Of a DNA stretch of 64,000 nucleotides, positions 38,410 to 48,329 are shown piece by piece. The DNA is from an uncultured Aliarcobacter sp. GTDB lineage: Bacteria; Campylobacterota; Campylobacteria; Campylobacterales; Arcobacteraceae. Position 1 is the first letter of the stretch; the number at the start of each line of letters is the position of its first letter. A program made the translations under genes and the position numbers. A model generated the notes under the pieces. It did not search any database and was not told the DNA's origin. It saw only the letters and a program-made list of their open reading frames with translations. The stretch covers positions 1,824,001-1,888,000 of the forward strand of contig OY781945.1 of assembly GCA_963677435.1 (NCBI GenBank), given 5' to 3'.

Positions 38410-39736
38410 CACCTATTTGATTTAAAAATAGTACTATTATTGCTAAAGGAACAAAATATTTAATTAATGAATACCAAATATTAAATACTAATAAGTTTGT
38501 GTGTTTAGTAAATATTTCTTCTAATAATTTTTTATCAACAAAATATCCCAAGAAAATAGATATTATAAATGCAGCTAATGGCATCATAATTGAAGATGTT
38601 ACATAATCCATCCAATCAAAGGCATTTTTATTAAAGAATGTTAACTGCGCACCATATGAACTAGACATAGAAAGTAGGGCAATTATTCCTAAAACATAGA
38701 AAATTGAACCACACATAATTGTAGCTTTTTTTCTTGACATATTAAATCTTTCAATAAAGAACATTAATACAGGTTCTATCATTGAAACAGCTGATGTAAT
38801 ACCAGCAAAAATAAGTGCTACAAAAAATGAAACGGCAATTACATTTCCTAATGTTCCCCAGTGTTCAAAAATTACTGGTAAAGATATGAATACAAGTCCA
38901 GGACCAGCAGCACTTTTTGCACCTGCTTCAAATAAAAATGCAAAAATTATAACCCCAGCAATTAATGCAATTATTGTATCAACAAATGCAACTAAAATTG
39001 ATGATTTAATAATATTAACATCTTTCGATAATGATGCAGAATAAGTAATAATTGTTCCAATACCCAAAGATAATGTAAAAAATGCTTGTCCAAGTGCAGC
39101 TAAAAGAGCATCGGAATTTATCTTACTCCAATCAGCATAAAACATAAACTCAAGTGATTTAGAAAAACTATCTAATGTTAGGGCATAAACAAATAAACCA
39201 AATAATATGATAGCTAGCAAAGGCATTAAAATAAGGTTTAATTTTTCGATTCCATCTTTTATACCTTTTAATACAATCCAAATAACAGTTAATGAAACAA
39301 TTGTATGGAAAAATATTTGAGAAAGAATATCTTTTGAAACAAGATTATTAAAAGTATTAGCAGCAATTTCTGAACTTGCAGGAAGATCTGAAATTGAAAT
39401 GAATACATATTTTAAAATCCAACCTAATACAACAGAATAGAATGATAGGATAATTAATCCAGCAAAAACCATAAAACTAGCATATTTCCAGTTAGGATTT
39501 TTTGATTTTGAAGTAGTTACAAAAGATGTTGCAACATTTGCTTGAGAATTTTGTCCAATTAAAGACTCAGCAATAAATACAGTTAATCCAATAAATAATA
39601 TAGCAAGTAAATAGATTATTACAAATGCTCCACCACCATACTCTCCTGCAATATATGGAAATTTCCATATATTTCCTAAGCCAACTGCAGAACCAGCAGC
39701 AGCTAAAATAAAACCAATTCTTGAAAATCTATTCAA
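38402..39736 (-). CDS. Sodium-dependent transporter (NSS/SNF family)
   Basis: GSAVGLGNIWKFPY, GQAFFTLSLG; TTG start inferred. Confidence 0.93.
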   Translation of the reverse strand: MNRFSRIGFILAAAGSAVGLGNIWKFPYIAGEYGGGAFVIIYLLAILFIGLTVFIAESLIGQNSQANVATSFVTTSKSKNPNWKYASFMVFAGLIILSFYSVVLGWILKYVFISISDLPASSEIAANTFNNLVSKDILSQIFFHTIVSLTVIWIVLKGIKDGIEKLNLILMPLLAIILFGLFVYALTLDSFSKSLEFMFYADWSKINSDALLAALGQAFFTLSLGIGTIITYSASLSKDVNIIKSSILVAFVDTIIALIAGVIIFAFLFEAGAKSAAGPGLVFISLPVIFEHWGTLGNVIAVSFFVALIFAGITSAVSMIEPVLMFFIERFNMSRKKATIMCGSIFYVLGIIALLSMSSSYGAQLTFFNKNAFDWMDYVTSSIMMPLAAFIISIFLGYFVDKKLLEEIFTKHTNLLVFNIWYSLIKYFVPLAIIVLFLNQIGVI

Positions 39737-39836
39737 TGTTGCCCTTTGTATAAGAAATAAGTGCAAAGTATACAAAAAATAAAATTAATAAGTAATTGAG
39801 ATTAAATTAATAAGTAATTTAATCTCTAGTTATTTT

Positions 39837-40619
39837 TTAAAGTCTTGATAGTAGTTCAGATTTTTTAGTATTAAACTCATTATCTGTTAAAATACCCGCT
39901 TTATGTAAAGAGGCAACTTGTTCAATTAATTCAATAATTGTTTTTGCTGATTCATTTGATACAGAATTTGAAGAATTATTTATTATTGGCTGTGTAATTG
40001 GTTCATTTATAGGTTCTATAAAGTTATTTTTAGCAGGTTCAACAAAATTGTTTTGAGGAGCATTATTCATTTGACTTGCACCTGAAACAACTGGAAGAGT
40101 TGAAACTAAAATTGTTCCATATTGACTAGAAAAAGTTAAAGAATTATTTCCACCTTGTTGTTGTGAAATACCAGATATATTATTGTCTAAAGTGTCATAA
40201 ACAGTTACTCGCCCATTTACATCAACTGCTAATCTATTTTGAAATATTGCATATCTTGTACTATTTTGAGCTCCACTACTAAATGGATTTCCTAATTCTC
40301 CTGGCCACCATTGATTACTCTCTCGTGTTCCTTTTGGAGCAATTGGAAAGATAATTGTAGTTGCTAAGGCATTTGAAATGTCATTACAAAGATTGTCAAC
40401 AGTGTTTTTTAAACCATAATTGAACATGTCTCCAACCATAGTCATTCCACCTCTCATCCATTGTCCACCACCACCAAGCTCTGGACAGTTAAATTGAGCC
40501 ATTGAACCACCACCATTGTTTACTGCACCAATCATATAAATAACTGCATCTTGGCTTAAATTGTATCTATTAGAGAGGTCATTAACTATATTTTGACCCT
40601 CTTGTGTTAGTTTTTGCAT
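39837..40619 (-). CDS. Hypothetical protein with C-terminal SHOCT domain
   Basis: LHKAGILTDNEFNTKKSELL. Confidence 0.75.
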   Translation of the reverse strand: MQKLTQEGQNIVNDLSNRYNLSQDAVIYMIGAVNNGGGSMAQFNCPELGGGGQWMRGGMTMVGDMFNYGLKNTVDNLCNDISNALATTIIFPIAPKGTRESNQWWPGELGNPFSSGAQNSTRYAIFQNRLAVDVNGRVTVYDTLDNNISGISQQQGGNNSLTFSSQYGTILVSTLPVVSGASQMNNAPQNNFVEPAKNNFIEPINEPITQPIINNSSNSVSNESAKTIIELIEQVASLHKAGILTDNEFNTKKSELLSRL

Positions 40620-40699
40620 ATTGATTTCCTTTTACAAATCTTGTAATTTATACAGTTTTTTAAAAGGTATATTTTAGAATTTTGTAGTTATTTTTTGAG

Positions 40700-41437
40700 T
40701 TATTTTAAAACTTTATCAAGAGTATATCTTAAATCTTCATCAAGTTCCATACTTGTTCTCATCCAGTTAAGATAACTTGCGTCTTCTTGTGCTACAACTT
40801 CAATTTCTTTACCTTTATATTTTCCAAATTTGAAAGTTCTTATAAATACAGGAGTTTTTGTTAAATCTACAAGTTTCTCTATTGGATTATAGTCAGGATA
40901 AATTTCTCTACATTTTCCAACAAGTTTTGTTAAAAATAGTTTCATAACAAGTACATCACCAATAGCATCGTGAGCTTTTATAGTGATATTATGTTTAGCG
41001 GCTTCAGCTTCTTCAATTTTATAAAGTTCAAGGGCATATCTTATATACTGAAGTCTGTGGTATGGAAGTTCAGGGAATAGATGTTTTGCACATCTTAAAG
41101 TATCAATTAATTGATATTGGTTTACAAATCCCTCTTTTTTTATCATTCCCATATCAAAAGAGATATTGTGAGCTATTAGATAATTTTCATTTGAGTTTAA
41201 CTCTTCAAGTTTTTTATAAAAGTTTGTTTCAACTGCTTTTGGTTTTCCTACTAATAAATCAGGAGTAATATTGTGAACTTCCATAGCTTCAAGTTTTATA
41301 TCAACATCACTTGAACATAATTCATCAAAAGCTTCAACTTTTCCTTTCTGATCAACAATCATTGCTCCAAATTGGATAACTTTATCTTCTTCTTGATTTC
41401 CAGTAGTTTCTGTATCAAATAGTACATAATATGCCAT
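40700..41437 (-). CDS. DEDDh 3'-5' exonuclease (ExoX-like)
   Basis: DTETTG, AHN..FD, AHDAIGD, FGKYKG. Confidence 0.88.
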   Translation of the reverse strand: MAYYVLFDTETTGNQEEDKVIQFGAMIVDQKGKVEAFDELCSSDVDIKLEAMEVHNITPDLLVGKPKAVETNFYKKLEELNSNENYLIAHNISFDMGMIKKEGFVNQYQLIDTLRCAKHLFPELPYHRLQYIRYALELYKIEEAEAAKHNITIKAHDAIGDVLVMKLFLTKLVGKCREIYPDYNPIEKLVDLTKTPVFIRTFKFGKYKGKEIEVVAQEDASYLNWMRTSMELDEDLRYTLDKVLK

Positions 41438-41449
41438 TTTTTTCCTTTT

Positions 41450-42472
41450 TTATATAATCAACATACCATCACCATAAGAGTAAAATCTGTAATTCTCTTT
41501 TATGGCTTCATGGTAAATATCAAGTGTTTTTTCTAATCCTACAAATGATGCAACAAGCATAATAAGTGTAGATTTTGGTAAGTGAAAGTTTGTTAGTAAA
41601 TAATCAACTTTTATTGGTTGATTTGCTGGATTTAAAAATAAATCACATTCACCTTGGATTTTATTTGTTCTTGCATAGTATTCAACAGTTCTAGTAACCG
41701 TAGTTCCAACAGCTAAAACTTTGCTAGCATTATCTAAAGCTTTTTTAGCTTCGATGCCAATTTCAAAATATTCACTATGCATTGGATGATTTAAAATATC
41801 ATCAACATCAACTGGTTTAAAAGTTCCAGCTCCAACATGAAGGGTCAGATAATTTACGCTATATTTTTCATTTATTTTTTCTAAAAGTTCAGGTGTAAAA
41901 TGAAGTGATGCCGTGGGAGCTGCAACTGCACCATAATTTTTAGCAAACAAAGTTTGATAATCTTGTTCATCTTTTTTATCATCACTTCTATTCATATATG
42001 GAGGAAGTGGTAAATGACCAATTTTATTTAAAATATCAACAAGCTCTAAAAAATCCAGTTTTTTATCATTTTGGAAAAATTGTACAACACGACTTCCATC
42101 TTCATTTACTTCTAAAACTTCAGCATTTAGGTTTTCATCGAAGAATAGTTTTGTTCCAATTCTTACTTTTCCACCTATCATTACTAAGTATCTATCCATA
42201 AATAGAGGTTTATTTAGAAGTAATTCTATTTTTCCACCTGTTTCTTTTGTTCCAAAAATTCTAGCTTTTATAACTTTTGTATCATTTAGAAAAACAGATA
42301 ATTCATTTGGTAAAAAATCCATTAGATTTTTAAAAGTTGTGTGAGTTATTGAGTTTGTGGCTCTATTGTAAACTAAAAGCCTAGCAGAGTCTGCTGGGCT
42401 TACTGGATGAGTTGCTATTAACTCTTTTGGTAAATTATAATCATAACTTAAAGTTTTTAGTGGGTCTAACAA
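41450..42472 (-). CDS. queA: SAM:tRNA ribosyltransferase-isomerase
   Basis: NDTKVIKAR, PLPPY, AAPTA, TNFHLPKST, YSYGD. Confidence 0.96.
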   Translation of the reverse strand: MLDPLKTLSYDYNLPKELIATHPVSPADSARLLVYNRATNSITHTTFKNLMDFLPNELSVFLNDTKVIKARIFGTKETGGKIELLLNKPLFMDRYLVMIGGKVRIGTKLFFDENLNAEVLEVNEDGSRVVQFFQNDKKLDFLELVDILNKIGHLPLPPYMNRSDDKKDEQDYQTLFAKNYGAVAAPTASLHFTPELLEKINEKYSVNYLTLHVGAGTFKPVDVDDILNHPMHSEYFEIGIEAKKALDNASKVLAVGTTVTRTVEYYARTNKIQGECDLFLNPANQPIKVDYLLTNFHLPKSTLIMLVASFVGLEKTLDIYHEAIKENYRFYSYGDGMLII

Positions 42473-42474
42473 TT

Positions 42475-43206
42475 CTACTCTTCCTCGTCTTCTTCTTTTG
42501 CAGCTGGATTAAACACTTTTGCCACATAAATAGAAATTCCATAAAGTAAAATTAATGGTCCAGCCATTAAAAATTGTGTTAAAACATCAGGTGGAGTTAA
42601 TAATGCAGCCACAATAAAAATAATTACAACAGCATATCTAAAGAAATCTTTTAGCATTTTATCGTCAACAAGACCTATTTTTGCAAGGAAAAAAGTAATA
42701 ACAGGTAATTCAAATGCAATTCCAAAACCAACTAATAATTTTGTAAAAAAGCCTACATATTTACCAATACTTGGTAATACTGTTACAACTGCTGAACCGA
42801 AATTTACAAGAAATTCAAAACCAAATGGAACAACAACATAATAAGCAAATGAAGCTCCAATTAAAAACATTAATGTAGCAAAAAATACAAAAGGAACTAC
42901 AAGTTTTTTTTCATGGTCATAAAGTCCCGGAGCTAAAAATAGCCATAATTGCCAAAATATCACAGGTAAGGATACAACAAAACCTGCAAAAAATGCAACT
43001 TTTAATGCTGTAAAAAATGTCTCTTGAATTTCAACTGCAACCATTTGAGAGTTTTTAGGTAAAACAGCTTCAATTGGAACCATCATCCAATTTAAAATAG
43101 GTTCATAAAAAGTAAAACAAACAAAAAACATAGCAACAACAGTAAGTGTTGATATTACTAATCTTTTTCTAAGATCCGCAATATGGGGTTTTAAATCTTC
43201 AAACAT
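42475..43206 (-). CDS. tatC: Twin-arginine translocase subunit TatC
   Basis: HIADLRKR, APGLY, FELP, TPPD. Confidence 0.96.
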   Translation of the reverse strand: MFEDLKPHIADLRKRLVISTLTVVAMFFVCFTFYEPILNWMMVPIEAVLPKNSQMVAVEIQETFFTALKVAFFAGFVVSLPVIFWQLWLFLAPGLYDHEKKLVVPFVFFATLMFLIGASFAYYVVVPFGFEFLVNFGSAVVTVLPSIGKYVGFFTKLLVGFGIAFELPVITFFLAKIGLVDDKMLKDFFRYAVVIIFIVAALLTPPDVLTQFLMAGPLILLYGISIYVAKVFNPAAKEEDEEE

Positions 43207-43619
43207 TAAACATTATCCTCTTTTTTTTCATCTAATTTAACTTTAAATTTATCCTCTTTTTTAAAAGAAACTTTCTCTTTTGGTGCTTCTTCTTCAACTT
43301 TTTCAATTTTCTTTTCTTTAGAAGAAGTTGTATTTAAATCATCATTTATAATATCTTTTAAACCTAAATCTATTTTTGTATCCATTGATAAAGAACTTTT
43401 TGTCTCTTCAATTTGAGATTTAAATTTACTAGCTTCTGCTTTCATTTCAGAAATATTAAGTTCATTGTCTAAAGTTGATTTTGCATCTGCAAGACCATTT
43501 TTAAATTTGTTAATAAATTTAGCGATTTGTACCATTGTACCGGGTAGTTTTTCAGGCCCCAAAGCGATAACTGCTATAATTGCAATCAATAAAATTTCCG
43601 TAAAACCCATTCCAAACAT
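43206..43619 (-). CDS. tatB: Tat translocase subunit TatB
   Basis: MFGMGFTE..LGPEKLP. Confidence 0.93.
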   Translation of the reverse strand: MFGMGFTEILLIAIIAVIALGPEKLPGTMVQIAKFINKFKNGLADAKSTLDNELNISEMKAEASKFKSQIEETKSSLSMDTKIDLGLKDIINDDLNTTSSKEKKIEKVEEEAPKEKVSFKKEDKFKVKLDEKKEDNV

Positions 43620-43787
43620 TTATAACTCCAGTATGTAATTAAAGATGCAAATTTTAGCTAATTAGATTAGAAATACTACTTAAAAGGAATTTCATTGGAA
43701 TTTTAAATATTTTAATAAATAATGAAACTCTTAATTTTAAATTTGATAGAATCCCATAAAATTGAAACTAGTATCAAAAGGTTAAAT

Positions 43788-44543
43788 ATGGAATTAATAG
43801 TTTTAGCAGTAATTGTTATAATTTTGTTCATAATTGGGAAAAATTATAAAACAGAAGAGTTTGTAAATATAAATTTAAAAAGAAAAGATAGATTTGATGG
43901 GAATTTATTAAACCATGAAGCAGGGCTTTTAGTAGCACTTATGGCAAAAGTTTCTAAAGCAGATGGGAAAGTTAGTGAACTTGAAGCAGAAGTTTTAAAA
44001 CATACTTTTACTGATATTTCAAGTCATTTTGAAAATCATGAGGAAATTAGAGAAAAACTTAAAACTATTTATGAAAATGAAAAAGAGAATTTTAACAATT
44101 TAATAGATATTTCAAATAAATTATATGGTTTAACAAGTAATGATTATGCTAAACGTCTTAAAGTTATGGAATATTTACTAAATTTAGCCTTTATTGATAA
44201 AGAGTTTTCAAATTCTGAGAGAATGATTACAGAAGATATTTCAAATGCCTTAAAAATTAAAATAGAAGATTTTAATAATTTAATCAAAACATTTGAGTCT
44301 TTTTATGCTCAACAAGCTTCAAACAAAGCAATAACTTTAGAAAAAGCTTATGAAATTTTAGAATCAAATCCATCAGACGATGCTACAACTTTAAAGAAAA
44401 ATTATAGAACTTTAGTAAAAAAACATCATCCAGATATTATCTCAGGGCAGGGCGCAACTCAAAATATTATTGATGAAGCAACAAAAAAACTTCAAGAAAT
44501 AAATGAAGCGTATGAGTTAATAAAAAAGGAAAAAGGTTTATAA
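43788..44543 (+). CDS. DjlA-like co-chaperone (TerB-like plus J domain)
   Basis: KADGKVSE, HHPD, INEAYE. Confidence 0.88.
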   Translation: MELIVLAVIVIILFIIGKNYKTEEFVNINLKRKDRFDGNLLNHEAGLLVALMAKVSKADGKVSELEAEVLKHTFTDISSHFENHEEIREKLKTIYENEKENFNNLIDISNKLYGLTSNDYAKRLKVMEYLLNLAFIDKEFSNSERMITEDISNALKIKIEDFNNLIKTFESFYAQQASNKAITLEKAYEILESNPSDDATTLKKNYRTLVKKHHPDIISGQGATQNIIDEATKKLQEINEAYELIKKEKGL

Positions 44544-44545
44544 AA

Positions 44546-44773
44546 TTGCTAAATTTCGAGGAAAATTATGAAGTATGTAATTGTAAAAAAGTTACAATAC
44601 GAGATATTACAAATGCGATAATAAATCAAAAAGCTTCAACACTTAGGGAAATTCAAGACTTAACAACAGCTGGGACTGAATGTAGGCATTGTATTTTTCC
44701 AGAATGTGATTTTGGTAAAATAAAGAAAAAGATTTATTGTAAAGATATTTTAAATGAAGTAAAGAAGGATTAA
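44546..44773 (+). CDS. BFD-like [2Fe-2S] protein
   Basis: VCNC..AGTECRHC. Confidence 0.8.
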   Translation: MLNFEENYEVCNCKKVTIRDITNAIINQKASTLREIQDLTTAGTECRHCIFPECDFGKIKKKIYCKDILNEVKKD

Positions 44774-44774
44774 A

Positions 44775-45011
44775 ATGGCTAGAAATTTTCCACACTCTTT
44801 TGAAGTTTGTACATGTAAACATGTAACTTTGGGTGAAATAATTTATGCTATAAAAGAAAAAGGTGCAAAAACTCTTGAGAACTTAGCTCATTTAACAGAT
44901 GCTGGAACTTGTTGTAAATCTTGTAAAAATCCTCAAAGTGATATTGGAGTTGAAAAAATGGAACTATATTTAGAAGAGATATTAGAAAAATTTAATAAAG
45001 AACAAAAATGA
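44775..45011 (+). CDS. BFD-like [2Fe-2S] protein
   Basis: VCTC..AGTCCKSC. Confidence 0.82.
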   Translation: MARNFPHSFEVCTCKHVTLGEIIYAIKEKGAKTLENLAHLTDAGTCCKSCKNPQSDIGVEKMELYLEEILEKFNKEQK

Positions 45012-45220
45012 AACAAGAAATAATAGAAAACATAAAAGAACTTATAAAAATAAATCCCGAAGAGACAATAGAAATAAATCCAAATTATCTAGAATATTTT
45101 GATGAAGAAGAATTACTTGAAATTCAAAAACAATTAGAATTTAAAAAACAAAATATTACAAAAATTACTAGTACTTATTTGGACGAGATTTATGAAAAAA
45201 CAAAAAAAGATGAGATATAA
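45008..45220 (+). CDS. Hypothetical protein
   Basis: Operon-embedded ORF. Confidence 0.65.
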   Translation: MKQEIIENIKELIKINPEETIEINPNYLEYFDEEELLEIQKQLEFKKQNITKITSTYLDEIYEKTKKDEI

Positions 45221-45241
45221 TTACTTAATAAAGGATTAAAA

Positions 45242-46003
45242 GTGACAGAATGGAAAAAAATTAAGGAAGATTTAATTTCGTTTTTAAAAACTGAAGTTGA
45301 AAAAACTGGTCTAAATAAAGTTACAGTTGGATTATCAGGTGGATTAGATTCAGCTGTTGTTGCGATATTATGTAAAGAAGCTTTTGGAGACAATTTAAAT
45401 TGTGTGTTAATGCCTTCTCAATTCTCTTCAAAAAGTTCAACTGAACATGCAATTGAAGTTTGTGAAAAGTTTAATATTAAATATGAAATCATCTCAATTG
45501 AGCCAATGGTTAGTGGTTTTATAAAAAATATGGATGATGATAAACTTAGAATTGGAAATTTTTCTGCAAGAATGAGAATGTCTGTTTTATATGATGTATC
45601 TTCAAGAGAAAAATCATTAGTTGTTGGAACTTCAAATAGAAGTGAGTTACTTTTAGGTTATGGAACAATTTTTGGTGATATTGCATGTGCAATTAATCCA
45701 ATAGGTGAAATCTACAAAAGTGATGAATTCGAATTTGCAAGACTTTTAGGTGTTCCAGAATCTATTTTAAATAAAGCTCCAAGTGCTGATTTATGGGAAG
45801 GTCAAAGTGATGAAGAAGAACTTGGATACTCTTATAAACATATGGATGAAGTTTTAAAAGTAATGGTTGATCAAAATAAATCAAAAGAAGAATTAATAAA
45901 ATTAGGTTTTGAAGAAGATTTAATTAATAGATTAGAATATAGAATAAAAGCAAATGCTTTTAAAGGTAAATTACCAACAATAGCAAAAATAAGGTGGAAC
46001 TAG
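45242..46003 (+). CDS. nadE: NH3-dependent NAD+ synthetase
   Basis: GLSGGLDSA, NFSARMRM, PSADLWEGQSDE. Confidence 0.96.
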   Translation: MTEWKKIKEDLISFLKTEVEKTGLNKVTVGLSGGLDSAVVAILCKEAFGDNLNCVLMPSQFSSKSSTEHAIEVCEKFNIKYEIISIEPMVSGFIKNMDDDKLRIGNFSARMRMSVLYDVSSREKSLVVGTSNRSELLLGYGTIFGDIACAINPIGEIYKSDEFEFARLLGVPESILNKAPSADLWEGQSDEEELGYSYKHMDEVLKVMVDQNKSKEELIKLGFEEDLINRLEYRIKANAFKGKLPTIAKIRWN

Positions 46004-46006
46004 CTT

Positions 46007-47146
46007 ATGGCTAAAAATATTGCAATATACAAAGCATCTATAGATAATGAAGAATTAAATCAAATTAGATCAGTTTTAGAATCAAAGAATGATTTATCAA
46101 AAGTGATAGAGTTTGAAGAGAGTATGAAAAAATTTATTGGTGCAAAATATGCAATAGCAACAGCAACTTCGACAGCTGCTATTCATTTAGCATTGAGCGC
46201 TATAAAATTAAAAAGAGGTGATAAGATTTTAATGTCTGTTAACTCTTTTGTAAATTTACCTGAAGTTGTAAGACATTTTGATGCTGAGCCAATTTTTATT
46301 GATATTAATATGGAAGATATGAACATTGATGTTGATAAATTTGAAGAAGCACTAGCTGCTAATGATTCTAAAAAGTTAAGAGGTGCAATAATTACATTTA
46401 TAGGTGGTCAAGCTCCTGATTTAGATAGAATTTATGACATTGTAGAAAAATACGGAATTATCTTAATTGAAGATTGTAGAGCCTCTTTAGGTGCAACTTA
46501 TAAAGGCAAAAAGATTGGAAATTTAAGAGCAGATATGACTGTATTTTCAACAAATCATTCACCATCAAAATATGCTATTAGCCGTTCAGGAGTAATTGTT
46601 ACAAATAACGAAGAAATAGCAAATCGTGCAAAACTTTTAAGAACACATGCCCTTACAACAGCATATGATAGTTATGGAAACTTAGATTATGTATATGATG
46701 TTGTTGATATTGGACACAAATATGATTTATCTGAACTTGATGCTGCTTATTCTCTAGCTCAATTAAATAAAATAGATAAATTTATCAAAAGAAGAAAAGA
46801 AATTGCAAAATATTATGAAACAAAATTATCAAATGTAAAACATATAACAATTTTACAACACAAAGATGAGCACATTTTCACACAATTTATTATAAAAGTT
46901 TCAAGAAATAGGGATGCATTTGCAAGAGCTTTAAAAGAAAGAGGAGTATCAACTGGACTTAACTATATTCCTTTACATCTTCTATCTTATTACAAAACAA
47001 AATATTCGATAAAAATTACTGCATTTCCAAATGCTTTAAATAATTATCAACAAATTTTATCACTTCCTATATATGCAGGACTTAGTGATGAGGATGTAAA
47101 TTATGTTTGTGATCAAGTTATTGATGTCGCATCACAATGGGTTTGA
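46007..47146 (+). CDS. DegT/DnrJ/EryC1/StrS aminotransferase-like protein
   Basis: TAAIHLAL, IEDC, LSLPIY. Confidence 0.85.
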   Translation: MAKNIAIYKASIDNEELNQIRSVLESKNDLSKVIEFEESMKKFIGAKYAIATATSTAAIHLALSAIKLKRGDKILMSVNSFVNLPEVVRHFDAEPIFIDINMEDMNIDVDKFEEALAANDSKKLRGAIITFIGGQAPDLDRIYDIVEKYGIILIEDCRASLGATYKGKKIGNLRADMTVFSTNHSPSKYAISRSGVIVTNNEEIANRAKLLRTHALTTAYDSYGNLDYVYDVVDIGHKYDLSELDAAYSLAQLNKIDKFIKRRKEIAKYYETKLSNVKHITILQHKDEHIFTQFIIKVSRNRDAFARALKERGVSTGLNYIPLHLLSYYKTKYSIKITAFPNALNNYQQILSLPIYAGLSDEDVNYVCDQVIDVASQWV

Positions 47147-47152
47147 TTTAAT

Positions 47153-48112
47153 TTGAAACAAAAATTACATTTATGGATAGAAGATTACCTCTTCTTTCCA
47201 AATACGCTTCAAAAAATAATCTCTTTTTTACTTCTCCCTTTAACTTTTATTTATATGTTAATTATCTTAACTAAAAGAGCAATGGCAAAACCAATTGAAT
47301 TTGGAATTCCAGTTATTTCAGTTGGAAACATTATTGTTGGAGGAAGTGGAAAAACTCCAATCACTATAAAACTAGCTTCAAAATATGAAAATGCTTGTGT
47401 GATTCTAAGAGGTTATGGAAGAACTTCAAAAGGTTTATATGTAGTTTCTTTAAATGGCAAAATTTTAGAAGATGTAAAAACAAGTGGAGATGAAGCTATG
47501 CTTTTAGCAAATTCTTTGCCAAAAGCTACAGTTATTGTAAGTGAAAATAGAATAAAAGCTATATTAAAAGCAAAAGAACTTAGATGTAAAGTTATATTTT
47601 TAGATGATGGTTTTTCAAAATATCAAATTGATAAATTTAATATTCTTTTACGACCAAAAGATGAACCTACAAATATTTTTTGCCTGCCAAGTGGTGGATA
47701 TAGAGAACCAAAAGGTTTTTATGCTCAAGCTGATATTGAACTACTTGAGGGAAGTGATTTTAAAAGAGTTATTACTATCAAAAAAGATGGAATTATTAGC
47801 GAACTTCCTGCTAAAACTTTACTAATTACAGCTATTTCTAAACCAAAAAGATTATTAGAGTTTTTACCAAAAAATATAAAAATGATTAGTTTTCCTGATC
47901 ATTATGATTTTACACTAGTAGATATTAGTAAAATTCAAGAAGAGTATAAAGATTATTCTTTTCTAACAACTGGAAAAGATTTTGTAAAATTAGAAAAGTT
48001 TAATCTAAAGAATCTGTATTTAATGGATTTAGAGATAAAAATTGATGAAAAAGTAAATTTTTCTTTAATGGATGAATACATAGAAAGTTTTAAAAAAGGA
48101 GTCGAAAAATGA
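47153..48112 (+). CDS. lpxK: Tetraacyldisaccharide 4'-kinase
   Basis: VGNIIVGGSGKTP, RGYG, GDE, LDDG. Confidence 0.95.
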   Translation: MKQKLHLWIEDYLFFPNTLQKIISFLLLPLTFIYMLIILTKRAMAKPIEFGIPVISVGNIIVGGSGKTPITIKLASKYENACVILRGYGRTSKGLYVVSLNGKILEDVKTSGDEAMLLANSLPKATVIVSENRIKAILKAKELRCKVIFLDDGFSKYQIDKFNILLRPKDEPTNIFCLPSGGYREPKGFYAQADIELLEGSDFKRVITIKKDGIISELPAKTLLITAISKPKRLLEFLPKNIKMISFPDHYDFTLVDISKIQEEYKDYSFLTTGKDFVKLEKFNLKNLYLMDLEIKIDEKVNFSLMDEYIESFKKGVEK

Positions 48113-48309
48113 TGGGTATTATGATGTCATCTTTTGTAATGGTATTTGTAGTTTTTACTTTTGTTTTGTATATCTATATTTTAATAGATATTTTAAAACA
48201 TGAATTTACAGGTTATAATAAAATTATTTGGATTCTTGTTCTTATATTTTTTCCAGTTCTAGGTGCACTTTTGTATTTAGTTTTTGGAAGGTCTCAAAGG
48301 ATAAAGTAG
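48109..48309 (+). CDS. PLDc N-terminal-like small membrane protein
   Basis: KIIWILVLIFFPVLGALLY. Confidence 0.75.
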   Translation: MMGIMMSSFVMVFVVFTFVLYIYILIDILKHEFTGYNKIIWILVLIFFPVLGALLYLVFGRSQRIK

Positions 48310-48329
48310 CATTTATAGCTACTTTATAT

